Below, in pieces: positions 1-12,120 of a DNA stretch of 64,000 bases. Where the stretch lies: positions 50,663,389 through 50,727,388 of the forward strand of contig JAHRHZ010000012.1 of NCBI GenBank assembly GCA_024137785.1, in the 5' to 3' direction. Source of the stretch: Ginglymostoma cirratum. Its lineage: Eukaryota. The translations under genes and the position numbers were made by a program. The notes under the pieces are model-generated. The model had not been told where the DNA came from. It saw nothing but the letters and a program-made list of their open reading frames with translations, and did no database searches. Numbering within the stretch: the stretch's first letter is position 1; every line of letters begins with the position of its first letter.

Positions 1-1632
1 CAAGTCCAGTGACCCCTCCTCAAACCCTCTAACAAAATTGTTCCTGCTAAGTTCTGTTATACCAGTCAGATCATCATTTAAACACTGCAAGCAAAATGTC
101 CCAAGACGGTCTAATGTGCAAATATGCATCTAATCTAGGTGGAGAACAGATGGCGTTGCTAGCAATGATCAATTTGTTCCTGGTAGTAATAGCTATATTG
201 ACTAGTTACACATAATTAAAAGACTATCAAGGGTCAGGGATGACACATCTGACCCCATCAGGGCTTCATACAAAACTCTTTCTTCTCTACACAAAGATGT
301 TGTGACATCATCATATTAGATGGAGTCCTTAATACAGATTCAAACTTAGCTGTTTCATAACCATTACCAATCCAAAACATTCATCCAAGTTTTTCCCCAA
401 TATAGTTAACATTTATACACGCAGAGATATAACTCAGTTTACATTTACCACTACCCCATTTCACCCTAATTATTTGTCTTCACAGATTCAGATAGTCTGG
501 AAATTTGAGGGTCTTTTTCCTCCAGAACATGTTCTCTTCAGACTTGAATGATGTGTAAGTCTTTGGCATGAGGATTATTGACCTTGATTCTGATATTGGT
601 CGTATTTGGTCTGGGAACCATTTCTCTGTTGGAGGATCTTTTATCCCTTACATATCCTTCACTAAGGATGTTATATCTTCTAAAACTGGTAATTGGTCCA
701 TTAACTTACCTGCAGGAGCCTTAAATTCCTGAATTTGCTTCACAAAGGAACTCTTCTCTGATAACTAAGGTTGTTAGTCCATATCATCTGGAGGATCTTT
801 CAACTCATGTTAAAACAAGTATGTTATTTCTCACAATATCCTGGATTTTCAGGCCAGGCAATAGGTTCTTTTTGACCACGTCCTGAATCTGTGGAAATTA
901 GTGTAGCTTCCATGGAGTTGCATGCAGCTTATCCCCAAATTTTAAAGCAGATCTTGAGTCTTAATCTGCTGATGTTATCTATGTTGAAATTTGTAAACTC
1001 TTTACTTCAACGAGTTAGTTAGATTGAACATCTTCATTCACGCTCTGTTGTTATCACAATGGTGAATTAGACATTTTAACACTCAGTCATGTTACCAGAG
1101 GACTGCTGTTTACTTAGCACTATCTTTATCACAAGCACTGATCATTCTATTCTGGAAAGCAAAGATTGAAATGTTGTTCTTGAACTTGTGAAGACTCAGC
1201 ATCAAGCAATAAAGTTTACTCTGTTTTATCAATTTATTTACTATAGTGTTCTGATGTCTGAATAACTTCAGTTTAAGATTCATCAATGAGCTCAAGTGGT
1301 TTGCACTGCTCATCCTTATTCTCAATATTTATTTCTTCTGACAAACGTTGTTGATTTTTATTTACTGATCTTTCTTCTATTATGATAGAAATAGAAAACA
1401 TTTCAACAAATCCACGAATTCTGCAACTTCGTTCCAGTTAACCGCAATAAATAGATCTCTTATGTCAACATAAATAAAATCAAAGAATTTTTCTTCTTTT
1501 TAGTTTCTGTCATGAATCCAGCATAGTCAATTAAATCCATTAGTGGCTACAACTTGACCAGGTGGGCACAAATGATTGTTTCTGGACCAGTATCTAATGT
1601 AACTTCCGTTATCTAATGGAGATTGAGGTCAA

Positions 1633-1952
1633 GGCGGCACGGTGATTCAGCGGTTAGCACTGCGGCCTCACAGCGCCAGGGACCCAGGTTCAATTCCAGC
1701 CTCAAGCGACTGTCTGTGTGGAGTTTGCACATTCTTCCCGTGTCTGCGTGGTATTCCTCCCACAGTCCAAAGATGTGCAGGGTAGGTGGATTGGCTATGT
1801 TAAATTGCCCATAGTGCCTGGGGATGTTTAGGTTGGGTGGGTCAGCCATGGGAAATGCAGGGGTAAGGGAATGGGTCTGGGTGGGATGCTCTTTGGAGGG
1901 GCAGTGTGGATTTGTTGGGCCGTGTTCCCACACTGTAGGGATTCTATGAATC
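1633..1952 (+). mobile_element. HE1-type (V-SINE) tRNA-derived shark SINE
   Basis: tRNA-like head ggcggcacggtgattcagcggttagcactgc...ggttcaattcc, core gtgtggagtttgcacattct...cagtccaaagatgtgcagg, CR1-like tail ctgtagggattctatga. Confidence 0.92.
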
Positions 1953-3104
1953 ATGCAGGCTCAAATGTGAAATGTGCTTGTTATGCCTTACGGAAACACT
2001 TTCAACTCTTACACTCTTTGTATTGCAGGATTAGTGAAGTATACCTTTACTCTTTCATATTATTCAACTTGGAGCATGGCATCTCCTCTCTGTTGGCTGT
2101 AACTTTTGCTTCTTTAGCCATCGTAGGTCTGATAGGACAGTGACATTCATACATGTATCAATTTTAATATTACTAGGATGCCTATTAACATAGAAAGATT
2201 CTTGGCATGAGATCAAATTTGGCTTTTTTCTGTTGTGAAACTTTCCTACACCTGCACATCTTCTGGAAGCAACCAGTCGTTTTACAGGTGAAACTTTTTT
2301 TATCATTGCTGGGTGCTGTTTATGGTTTGAGGCTCTTTTTTCCCCACAGTGCCAATGGTAACAGTTACAATGTGCAGTCTCTATGCCGACTTCTCACTTG
2401 TGTCTGGAGAGTAATTATGCCTCATAAAATGGATGGGTTTTGTTACTCTCCTGTGATAAAATTGTTGTTCTACTCTTAGGATTTGTCCCCAAAACTTCCT
2501 GATTTCTGCTTCCATCAATTTTTGAATAGCTTTCTCAAAAATCAAATCTTCCATAGACTGTAATAAGTTTGACTAAAATTCCTAAACAATTCCAGTAACA
2601 ACTCTGTGTTTCGGAATCCTGCTTTCAAAGTTCCATAGTCCCAGTTGTCTACTAATCTGCAGAAGTCACGACTGAAATTATGTTTGGATTCGCTAGAAGC
2701 TTAACCTTTCTGGTAACTTTTGTTCTTTGAAGCATGTTGTTTATCCTCAGATTGAAGTGTTGATCAAACGTTCTTCAGAAGTATCTTCAGTTTCTTTTAT
2801 ATTTTGACAATTTATAAAGTCATAGGCTGTGGAATAGTAATGCACTTGTTCATCTTAAGATCTAATAATTATATTGAAGCAATTCTGTATCTAGAATTGT
2901 TCCCTATAAGATGTTCTTTCTGGCCATTCTCTGGCATTAAATCATATGGCAATTACCAATTCTTCTTAATATGGTTATTTATTCTTATTAGAGTTGTTTT
3001 AAAACTATAGTATCTTAATGCTGTTTATTCTTTTTTTCCTCAAAGTTTTATTGACTCTGCAATACATCAATGCTGATGGCTTTAAAGCTTGTAATCCTAC
3101 AATA

Positions 3105-3604
3105 CAGTCAGTTCTGCTGTAATGCGTGTTCCAGCAACACAAATTGGCTATAATGCAACTGATGAATAGGGGAACTCTATTTCTAAAATGCAAATTTGTG
3201 TTGGCTATAACGCGATCCCATTGGTGCGTGGATGAGTACGCGTTGATATCATAGGATCGTTTCATAGGCTTTGTCCTGAGCATATGCAATGTTAGCGCCG
3301 AAAGAGCCTCCGCGCTGGCATCAACATGAACATGATCAACATAGCAACCACAAAACCTCCTCTACCACCAAGTCATCTTGACATTTTTTTCAAGGTAAGG
3401 TGTTAAATTTACTTTTATTTCAATATTAGATATGAATTAAACATTTATTCAAACTGCACTGGTTTGAGCGATTTTGAGTGATATTTTTTGGTGGTCTGCC
3501 TCCAGCCCCACTTTTCCCATAGGCCCCGTGATCTCGACGGCGCGATTTTCTAGAATGCAATGTCGTACAGGAACGCAACTATCGTGTTACAGCCAAACCA
3601 ACTA
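3105..3604. mobile_element. Tigger/pogo-like (Tc1/mariner) non-autonomous element (MITE)
   Basis: Starts TA|cagtcagttctgctgtaatgcg and ends cgtgttacagccaaaccaacta (imperfect inverted repeat); CpG-richer than flanks; no ORF. Confidence 0.7.
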
Positions 3605-4654
3605 GTCCATTAATGTTGTTTTAATTCTCTTGTCTTAAAGCCTGTTCAAACTTTTCGATTTGATGTTTTCAGCAATGTTGCGGCATTTATTTTTGTCCAC
3701 AAGTCTTTAGAATTCTCTATTGTGATGTTATATGATATTCTTCCAGAAGTTTTAATTCTGTACTATGACAACACAAAACGACTTATCAGGGGTTTCTAGC
3801 CTTTATCTCATCAAAATGGTGGTTTCCTGACTTCAAAAGATTTCCCATCTTCCACAGAAAGTTGGAGGTTTTCTTGATTTTCCAAGCAAAATAGCTGTCT
3901 TCCTGTTTGCGTGGATTAAAACACAATCTATGCCCGAAGCACAACATTTAAAATAAATTTCTGTGGCTGTGGCCTTAATAAATCTTCCCATTGAAATTGT
4001 GGAATAGATTACCTAAATCAGGCTCTTATCACAATTTTTAAATTCCTCTACCATCTTCTGGTAGATATTGGTATCAACATTTGGTAAATTGTCCCTTTTT
4101 CACCTGAAGTATGCATTTCAACATTGCAGTCGTCAGTATAAATGAATGATCTGTCCTTCGCTCTATTATAGCCATGCCTAATGGAGCCTGCTAATCACAG
4201 TTGTGACAATGCTCATTTTGAAGTGTAAGTACTCCTTTTCACATCTATCCTTTTGTTTTTGATGTTCCTTCACCATTATTATAACATTTTTTTTCCCTTC
4301 ACACCTCAGGATTTCTAGCTTCGCCCAAGGAACTCCAAAGTACGCCCACAGATCCCTTCTTCTGTAGGGATTCTAATGCTTCCCAGTGTGACTAGATTTT
4401 AATGGCCGTCCTAGCCCTCTTTCTTGAGCTCGGAAGTGAAAGTTTTTTTGAGTGTTATTTTCTCTCCTGCTGCTGCTTCCACAAGTGTTGCTGATTGTCC
4501 ATTTACATGCTTTGACAATCAGCTCCTGATTGTCTGCCTGTGTTGTCTTAAAGATGTAGTGCTCTTAATGTGGTAAACTCACCTTTCCTCAATTTTTTTT
4601 TCTTGGTTGGAATGGATATTTTCATCATTGTTACCTTGAGGTATTTAAGTAAGG

Positions 4655-4673
4655 ATCCTACTGCTGATCACCA
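4655..4673 (-). promoter_or_regulatory. Putative tRNA-Leu primer-binding site of the fossil Gypsy element
   Basis: Minus strand reads CA|TGGTGATCAGCAGTAGGAT, close to the complement of tRNA-Leu 3' ends (TGGTGTCAGAAGTGGGAT / TGGTGGCAGCGGTGGGAT), directly upstream of gag-like sequence. Confidence 0.45.
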
Positions 4674-4732
4674 TGCTGCATATCGTGATGCCAATTACTG
4701 GTGGCTTGCGTTTGGAATAAAGTGCTGGTACC

Positions 4733-4968
4733 TGAAATAACCCCATAGAGGCTGGTATCCTTTGCCAAGTCGCACTTTATTTATACGTAAACAATCCTTG
4801 ACTTAGTAATGTCCCATTCCAAGTCACTTAGCAGAGTGTCAATATCGTTCACATTCATCTTTTTTGTCTGACAGCCAGAGGCTCCATGCTTGGTCCAGAT
4901 TAACAGCCCCAATCAGGGAATTCATGTTCTGTGAGGTCTAACTGGCTGACCTCACTACAATCACGACA
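4733..4968 (-). mobile_element. Solo LTR related to the Gypsy LTRs at 51389/55686
   Basis: TG...CA termini (tgaaataac...caatcacgaca), perfect 5-bp TSD GTACC (4728-4732, 4969-4973), shared blocks agaggctggt, ctttatttat and ttaacagccccaatcagg. Confidence 0.85.
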
Positions 4969-5099
4969 GTACCAATCATTCTTTCTACTATTTTGAAATA
5001 AAACCAGTAAATTTTATGGAAAAATTAGCTCTGATAGCCCCAAAAAACACAGTAGCAAAAATGAAATTTATCAAGGAAATTTAAGGATGTAAATTAAAG

Positions 5100-5570
5100 G
5101 GGGAGATGATGATTCACCCAGTCATAATCGTCATTTCTCCATGGAGTCTAAAAACCTATCCATTTGGAGTAGTAGAAGATAAACAACGATTGAGTCTGAA
5201 TGAGAAGAAGCACAATAAGATGTGGTTTATTACATGGTAGTAATAGGTCCAAGTTATATTAACTATTCTGATATAATTATAAAGACTATTAGGAACCAGA
5301 AATGAAATGCCTGTCTCCATCAGGACCTCATGCTAAACTCTGACTTCACCCATGGATTGTGTGACATCAATAGATTGGGTAGAACTTAATGTAGCATCAA
5401 TTTTAACTCTTTCAGAACTATTATCTTCTACAATAGACGTAACCTTGGGCTCAAAAGAACAATAAATCCATGTTGCAATCAACTGAGGAGGTTCAAAAGG
5501 TGCAGATGGACGATTCACCCCTCCTCACCAAGTTATAGCATAGGTATATCAAATTAAATGCTTACTTGTG
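5100..5570 (-). pseudogene. Second fragment of the gag-pro fossil family (protease-like domain)
   Basis: Nucleotide similarity to 181-360 (tggtagtaatag...aaagactat...ccatcagg...gtgacatca). Translation 'ERVKIDATLSSTQSIDVTQS...HEVLMETGISFL...IVNIT(L)GPITT' aligns to 'ETAKFESVLRTPS...DVTTS...YEALMGSDVSSL'. Confidence 0.55.
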
Positions 5571-5576
5571 AACATA

Positions 5577-5716
5577 TAGTCGGTTCTGCTATAACACAAT
5601 AGTTGCGTTCCTGTGCAGCATCATGTTATAGAAAATCATGCTATATAAATAATGGGGCAGGGAAAAGCGGAGTTAGGGGCAGACCACCAAAAAAAATCAC
5701 TCAAAAATCATTCAAA
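5577..5716 (-). mobile_element. Truncated second copy of the Tigger/pogo-like MITE
   Basis: Reverse complement of about 3460-3604 (tagtcggttctgctataacac...gttgcgttcctgt...ggcagaccaccaaaaaaaatcactcaaaa). Confidence 0.75.
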
Positions 5717-5739
5717 ATTCTTCCTCCCCATTTTCCTAT

Positions 5740-6500
5740 ATATATTGGCGCCAGCCATCAGCATTATCCTCATCCAGTCTCCAGCACTGGCATCATCCAG
5801 TCACAAGTAGCATTATTACTTCGATAGATTTACAGATTCTTCATCACTGCAGCTGTAGATTTGCCACCACACACCACCAACACATTGTACATTCACAACT
5901 AAACTTCAACGACATTCGTCATCACCCAGTTGCAATCACGAATAGCAAGCCCTCAGCCACATTCTGCTACAACCGGCAGCATTAATCAAGTATCAGCAGT
6001 AAGTCTGAACTCCGACAGACAGCATCCTTTCAACGGCAAAATAAAACCCGATGATCACCAACAGAAACACAAGGACACCAGCAGTATCCAGCATTTCCTG
6101 AAATAATATCACCCCCAGTGCTCAACACCAACATGGTTCTGCAGCACCAAGCAGCAAAAACCAGTCACCGAGAGTAATTATCTAATCTCCAGCAGCATCA
6201 CTTAGTCATTGGAGGAAATCCCATTTACCAACTTTACAACACCAGCAAAGGCAAAGCCCAATTAGAAACAATATCAAGCCACTTGCCAACAGCCTCGCCC
6301 AGACACCAACAAATAAATGCATTCATGGGTAAGACCATTTACCTATCAGAAACATCAACAACACTTAGTCACTGACAATCACATCACCCACTCACCAGCA
6401 GCATTTCCCAGTCACCAGCAAAACTACCCAATGTGCAGATATACTATGTTGTCACTAACAATATGAGCCTGTCACCATCCCTCATCAGCTGGACACTGAC
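5740..6500. repeat. Degenerate C/A-rich tandem repeat (~20-bp units related to cccagtcaccagcagcatt)
   Basis: Recurrent ccagtc/cagtcacc/agcagcat motifs with strong strand-biased C+A composition. Confidence 0.5.
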
Positions 6501-6875
6501 AATCATTTATTTCTTCAAGCTGTTTTCTTGTGATTGTTCTTTGAGAAACCTATTGCCTAATTTGAGCTGAGGCTTGATTCTATTGTTTTTATCAATCCAA
6601 CTGGTATTCCAAACGCTTGTGAATTTGAAAGGTCGAAATTTGTTACATGACAGACAAATTTACACATGAGCGTGGTTATGATCTTGATGTAACTTTTCAA
6701 AATAATACGCCAAGAACATTATGTTCTCATGTTCTCAGGCAGTTGCATTTCTGCTTTATTGTCACAGTATTTTAAAATTTAGTCACATGAAACATTCTCC
6801 AAACACAAAGCTATAAGCATAGAAAAAACAAATTGTCTAGTCAAAGACAAGTACATTTTTACTCACATAATAAAA

Positions 6876-7340
6876 CCATAAGATAGAGGAACAGAAAGGG
6901 GCTAATCAGCCCATCGGGTCCACTCTAATATTCAATGAGATTATGATTGATCTCATAATCCACAATTCCACTTTCCTGTCTTTTCCCCATAACCCTTGAT
7001 TCCCTGAACTAAAAAACCTGACAATCTCAGCCTTGAAGATACTCAACATCACAGCCTCACCAATCCTCTGAATTCCTCAGATTCACAATCCTTTGTCCTA
7101 ACTTGACAACCTCTTACACTGAGATTATGCCCTCTGTCCTACACTCTCCCACAAAGGGAAACAGTCTCTTCGCATCTACCCCATCAAGCCCCCTAAGAAT
7201 CTTATAAGCTTCAATAAGGTTACTTAATTTTACTAAATACCCAAGTGTTCAAGCCCAACCTGCCCAACCTCTCCTCACAAAAATTCCTCCATACTCGTGG
7301 ACCAACCCAGTGAACCTTCTCTAGACTGGGTCCAATGTAA
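6876..7340 (-). mobile_element. CR1 (HER1-like) LINE 3' fragment
   Basis: Reverse-oriented CR1 tail (accataagata...cagcccatcg...ttcaatgagatta) followed by 3' ORF2 remnant ('SLEKV...RLGRLGL'). Confidence 0.8.
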
Positions 7341-7487
7341 TTCAGATTCTGAAGCAGGTCAAGCACAATACTAAAATATGAATCTTGGTGTGAAATTGGA
7401 CAAGTGGAAGTTGTGAAGGAGATATGCAAGTGTAAAAAATGCAGAGAATGGTAAATATGTTAAAAGCAATGTCATAAGTGAAAACTG

Positions 7488-7953
7488 AGATAACAAGGTG
7501 TAGAGCTGGATGAACACAGCNNNNNNNNNNNNNNNNNNNNNNNNNNNNNNNNNNNNNNNNNNNNNNNNNNNNNNNNNNNNNNNNNNNNNNNNNNNNNNNN
7601 NNNNNNNNNNNNNNNNNNNNNNNNNNNNNNNNNNNNNNNNNNNNNNNNNNNNNNNNNNNNNNNNNNNNNNNNNNNNNNNNNNNNNNNNNNNNNNNNNNNN
7701 NNNNNNNNNNNNNNNNNNNNNNNNNNNNNNNNNNNNNNNNNNNNNNNNNNNNNNNNNNNNNNNNNNNNNNNNNNNNNNNNNNNNNNNNNNNNNNNNNNNN
7801 NNNNNNNNNNNNNNNNNNNNNNNNNNNNNNNNNNNNNNNNNNNNNNNNNNNNNNNNNNNNNNNNNNNNNNNNNNNNNNNNNNNNNNNNNNNNNNNNNNNN
7901 NNNNNNNNNNNNNNNNNNNNATCTCAGATTCTCTAGCATCTGCAGTTCCTACT
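7488..7953. mobile_element. Penelope-derived short repeat insertion with inverted arms, spanning the assembly gap
   Basis: Left arm gagataacaaggtgtagagctggatgaacacagc is the reverse complement of the repeat seen at 55130-55161; right arm atctcagattctctagcatctgcag; flanked by a 19-bp direct repeat with one mismatch (7469-7487, 7954-7972). Confidence 0.7.
7521..7920. other. Assembly gap (400 N)
   Basis: Run of N. Confidence 1.
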
Positions 7954-8049
7954 ATGTCATGAGTGAAAACTGTTGGGTTTTGAAAATAAATTACTTTTTC
8001 AGTGAGGATATCAATTCTGAAATCATCAATCAATAGCACGGACATTTAT

Positions 8050-9640
8050 GTTGGTATATCATCCCCAAAAGACACCACTACTTCCCTGTATCTATACTTC
8101 CACTAACTTCATTGATCAATGGACTCTCAGGTCAAACATTTCACTAGGTTGAATTTTCTCAGGGCTGTTCCTGCTCCAAAGTTAAACCTTCCTTCTTGCT
8201 CTTCTCGACATACCAACTTCAATCTTTGGTATGGTACCCCCATCTCATATACATCATATGCGTCTTTCACAATATAATCCTCATGCCTCTCGACTATCAT
8301 CCAGCAAATGGGACTTCTCTCACATGGTTCCATTCCTTTCTATCTAATCTTTGACAGTGAATGACTAATATAAGCTTCTCTTCCTGCTCCTACACTGTTA
8401 CTCTGGTGATTCCAAGGATTAATCCTTGCCCACTCTCCAATTTCCCATCTAACTTTATGATATAATCGGTGATCAGTGTTAGTTTTCACATGTGTGCTGT
8501 CAATACCCAGCTTTATGCTGCTGTCATACTCGATTTTTCAATGACTCAACATTTGATTCTGTGCATCTATTGACTGTTCTCTGGCCTGTGTGCTGTTAGT
8601 CGATCCTGGGTGTGAACACTTCAAGAGGGAGGATTAAAAGAAAACAAACTGGAAGACAGTCATTTACATTTTAAAAGAAAGTAAGTGAAGGCCTGCTCAG
8701 ACATAGAAACTGATGTTACCTCTGTATAACTCGAAGGCACAAGCACAAAATTTACCATCAGACTCTCGACTCCTCTATTGTTGCAAGATTATAACATTAT
8801 TTATCCAACAGCAAATATTGGAAGAGCAGAAATGTCCTCATTTGAACATTGGGAAAGCAGAAATCATTGTTTTAGTCCCTATTACAAACTCTATTTCCTG
8901 ACTACTTAACCTGTCCATTTATATCTGAAATTGAGCAAGTGTTCTTGCAACCCGGTCTCCTATTTGATGTTAAGTAAGGCTTTTAAATTCATTTTATACC
9001 ATTTCTTGGACTGCCTTCTTCCACCTCATTGATAGATTTCACCCCGGCACAGTATATCTGTTGAAACTTCTCATTATACCTTTGTTCCCTCTGAACTTGG
9101 CAGTTCCACTGATGCCCTGCATGATCCTCCACATTCCATGATTCATAAACTTGATGTCACCAAATCTGTGCTGCCCATACTGTAATTTGCAAACAGTGCC
9201 ATTTCACTATCATCCTTGTACTTACTGATGTACATCAGCTCCTAATTAAGCAATGTCTTGATTTTAATATTTTCATCCTGGTTTTTAAGAGCCTTCCTAG
9301 CCTTTCCCTCTTTATTTCTGTCAATTTCTTCGAACCCATAACCCCCTCAGATATCTGCGCTCGTGTTATTCTGTACAGACCCAGTTTTAATTGGTCTACC
9401 ATTGACGGCCGTGCCTTCGGTCACCTAGGGCACAAGCTCTGGAATTCAATCCATATTTCTGTCCACCTTGCTTTCCTTCTTTAAAATACTTCTTTAAAAC
9501 TTCTTGTTTGTCCAAACTGTTGGCCATCTGACTTAATATGTCCTTATATGGCTCAGTATGGCGCTTCATTTTACAGTGACCCTGTGAAGTACCTGAGATT
9601 GTTTTATCAGATTAAATTCAGTGTCTAAAGATAAATTGAT
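8050..9640 (+). mobile_element. L2-clade LINE 3' portion, degenerate and interrupted
   Basis: Remnants of GVPQGSILGP (8404-8432), FHMYADDTQLY (~8484-8516), 'LNIGKAEIIV' (~8842-8872) and the L2 3' block ggccgtgccttcggtcacctagggcacaagctctggaattc. Confidence 0.75.
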
Positions 9641-11069
9641 TTTGGTGCTTCTCCAAAATCCATAATTTTGAAGGAGATGCTGTGGAAACTATGTCTATGG
9701 AAGCTGCTCCAAGAAAGTTATACTTATTTTTGTCTGTTTATGTCAACAAATTTTGGGGACAATTCTTCAGATAAGTAACCACAATCATTCCTGCATAGTG
9801 CATTTTTTGGTTACCACCATGGGGACATGTTCATGGAAATCAGAATGCTGTGAGAGATTCAAGTTATTAATAGCTAAAGTAGAACACAGAGCTTGCTTGA
9901 TAGCATCGAATAAACACCAATCATATAAGAATTTTGTCATTCTCAGTAATTACTTAAAATGATGGCATCAAGCATGACAGAAATTTGCATTTACTTATGC
10001 ATTATCACTCTCCAAGGACAGACAATTCAAGGTAAAATGTTTGTTAGATATTTTCTAATATCTATATGCATGACCACTTACCTATGTACTTTCACAATGA
10101 TTAAATTAACTGTTGATTCTCATAGCTCTTTATACCACTTACAAATGTACTCGCTTAGATGACACCAGAATTTCTATTAAATCAACTTGCTTTTACGTTC
10201 CATTGCAATGCATTACAAGTTAATTTAAGACCAAGATTATTTGGTCAAGCAGCAAATAGTATTCCAAAGTGCATCATTTATCAGTCAAAGGAGAAAAGAA
10301 TGGATAGGGCCTGAAAACAAACCTTAGGATTATGATGTGCAATTAACCCACACCCATTTGTTGCAATGCAGCCAGCACACAAACTTCATACTGCTGGCTA
10401 ATTTAATGATAACACTGCACACTGCATCAGCACACTGCTAAACACATTGCTGAATGGCTGCATATTTCACCAGAGGCCTCAGCAAATGCACAGCTCAGCA
10501 GAGGGACTAAGTTCATAACAGGCTGGCATCATTAAAGCTTGCCTCCCGCTGCCTTCACCCTCCATAATGCTAGGGCATCCATCTGTAGTCCATCACCATG
10601 AGGCTGGTAAAATTCAGTCCTGTGAGAGTGCTAGGACCAGATAGCTGTTACAATCAATGCCAGTACTGTAGACCCAGTAATCTGACTGCAGTGCCACAAA
10701 AGGTTCAAAGGCCCCAGGCGAATGATAAAGGTCTGTGAAAGTGTCTTCAAATGTTATATCCTTCTGAAGGAATCACTGATGAATGTTCGTACAGCCTTCA
10801 CTCACCTTCATTCACAATCAACCACAATTTATGCTGAATATTCAAAAGCTTCACCACCTCACAAATATACTACTGCTAACAGATTGATATCCACATCAGG
10901 GGATGGTGAAAGCCTGCACCTCTTACTTTCAACCTCCATTTCCCTCATTCAACCCAAGCACCTACCTTTATCCTTTCAGATACACCAGAATTTCCACCAT
11001 CCAGGCACTGATATAGAAGTAAGAAGTCCAAGTGGAAGGCAGTCTAATGATGGTGAAACACCTCCAATT

Positions 11070-11280
11070 CTGAAACAGTCCATGTGTGTATACAACAAGG
11101 GCAGCATCAGGCCTGGGCTGAGAAGTGGTGAGTCATATCAGCATCAGGCAATCATCTAATCAAACTGAAGAAAACGCAACCATTTCCCCTCAACATTCAA
11201 TGGCATTACCATTACTGAATCCCCTGCTATCCACATCTTGGGAGTTACTATTGACCAGAAATTGAACTGAGCTAACCAGT
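11070..11280 (+). mobile_element. CR1-clade LINE fragment (second family)
   Basis: Matches 57450-57660 (caggcctgggctgagaagtgg...acattcaatggcattacc...catcttgggagttactattgaccagaaa). Confidence 0.7.
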
Positions 11281-11399
11281 ATGAATCTTCATTGGTTGAA
11301 TGATCCACTGCTTATTTAAAAATTGGAAATTGGTAAATGTTATAAAATGTTATATCTTAGCACAAGGTAATGAATTTGCATTAGGTAAATAAATATTTG

Positions 11400-12120
11400 T
11401 ATCTAAGACAATGACAGCCCACACAAGGAAAAAGGTTTAAAACAAATGATGAAAATATACAGAAATTGTACTGTACATTGTCCGAGGAGATGATTAAACT
11501 GAAACTACTGTCTAAAAGCTATCAATGCATACTGAGGTAAGTTATCCCTTTGAAACTGGTTCTACACTTGGCACATTCACACCATTCTCTTCTTATGAAT
11601 GCAAAAGAAATATCTTTTGAGTGGATCCAGCAAAATAAAGCAGTTTTACTGAACGAAGCAATAGATTTGATTGAGAAACCTTGCTTTGAATTAAAAGATA
11701 TTGTTTTCTGCCACATTTTGTTGTGGTAATGTAAGTTTACTATTTCCAAGCGAAATATTTTTATGCCTGTTTGTGTACATTTCCAATTAGGTGCCCCATA
11801 ATTCTGAATTAGGACCATTTTTATGCCACATGCCCACAAAGCACTGGATCAAAACACAAAATATACAATTAGTATATACAATGGTGAAAGAAGACTTTAG
11901 CTATATAGTCCACGCTGGATTTCAGCGTGGGTAACCAAAAGGGAAATACCAAAGGTATGACATTTAGAGCAGAATTACGATGATGAAACTAAAACAATGA
12001 TAAAAGAATTCAGAATTGGAGTACCATAAGATTGGTTTAACACAAAAAGATCATTTGAAACCAGATCTTAGGACATTTTATGAAATTGTTTTATCAGCAA
12101 ATGTTACATTATGTTTCATG
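11400..12120 (+). pseudogene. Highly degenerate Gypsy integrase region
   Basis: Frame with stops reads 'TNDENIQKLYCTL...QCILR*VIPLKLVLHLAHSHH', resembling the integrase Zn-finger entry (xVIPxxLxxxVLxLAHxxH); later 'EIPKV' and 'KNSELEYHKI'. Confidence 0.4.

Larger units (their letters stand above)
1..4673 (-). mobile_element. Degenerate Gypsy (Gmr1-like, SCAN-type gag) internal region: gag - protease - acidic spacer - second protease-like domain; runs off the window edge
   Basis: Manual minus-strand translation gives gag-like 'AREWPE' (~2920), SCAN/capsid-like 'ESKHNFSRDFCRLVDNW...ELLLELFRNF' (~2700-2570), retropepsin motif 'EVTLDTGPETII' (~1607-1572), an E/Q-rich spacer with two 'KDPP' motifs and 'LYEALMGSDVS' (~276-241). 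Many stops and frameshifts; interrupted by a SINE and a MITE. Confidence 0.6.

Noticed and set aside
1633-1700. tRNA gene
   Set aside because: It is the tRNA-derived head of a SINE, continuing into SINE core and tail (same at 34024 and 26616).
1-4600. Endogenous non-retroviral virus (AT-rich, coding-like minus strand)
   Set aside because: SCAN-like gag, DTG protease and a tRNA-Leu PBS point to an LTR retrotransposon; no viral polymerase or capsid motif was recognised.
7371-8045. Long ORFs of 150-224 aa
   Set aside because: Artefacts of translating through the 400-N gap.
11420-11542. Apparent plus-strand exon ending GAG|gtaagt
   Set aside because: Acceptor is weak, and the same frame continues past the stop into Gypsy integrase-like 'VIPLKLVLHLAH', so it is better read as a TE fossil.
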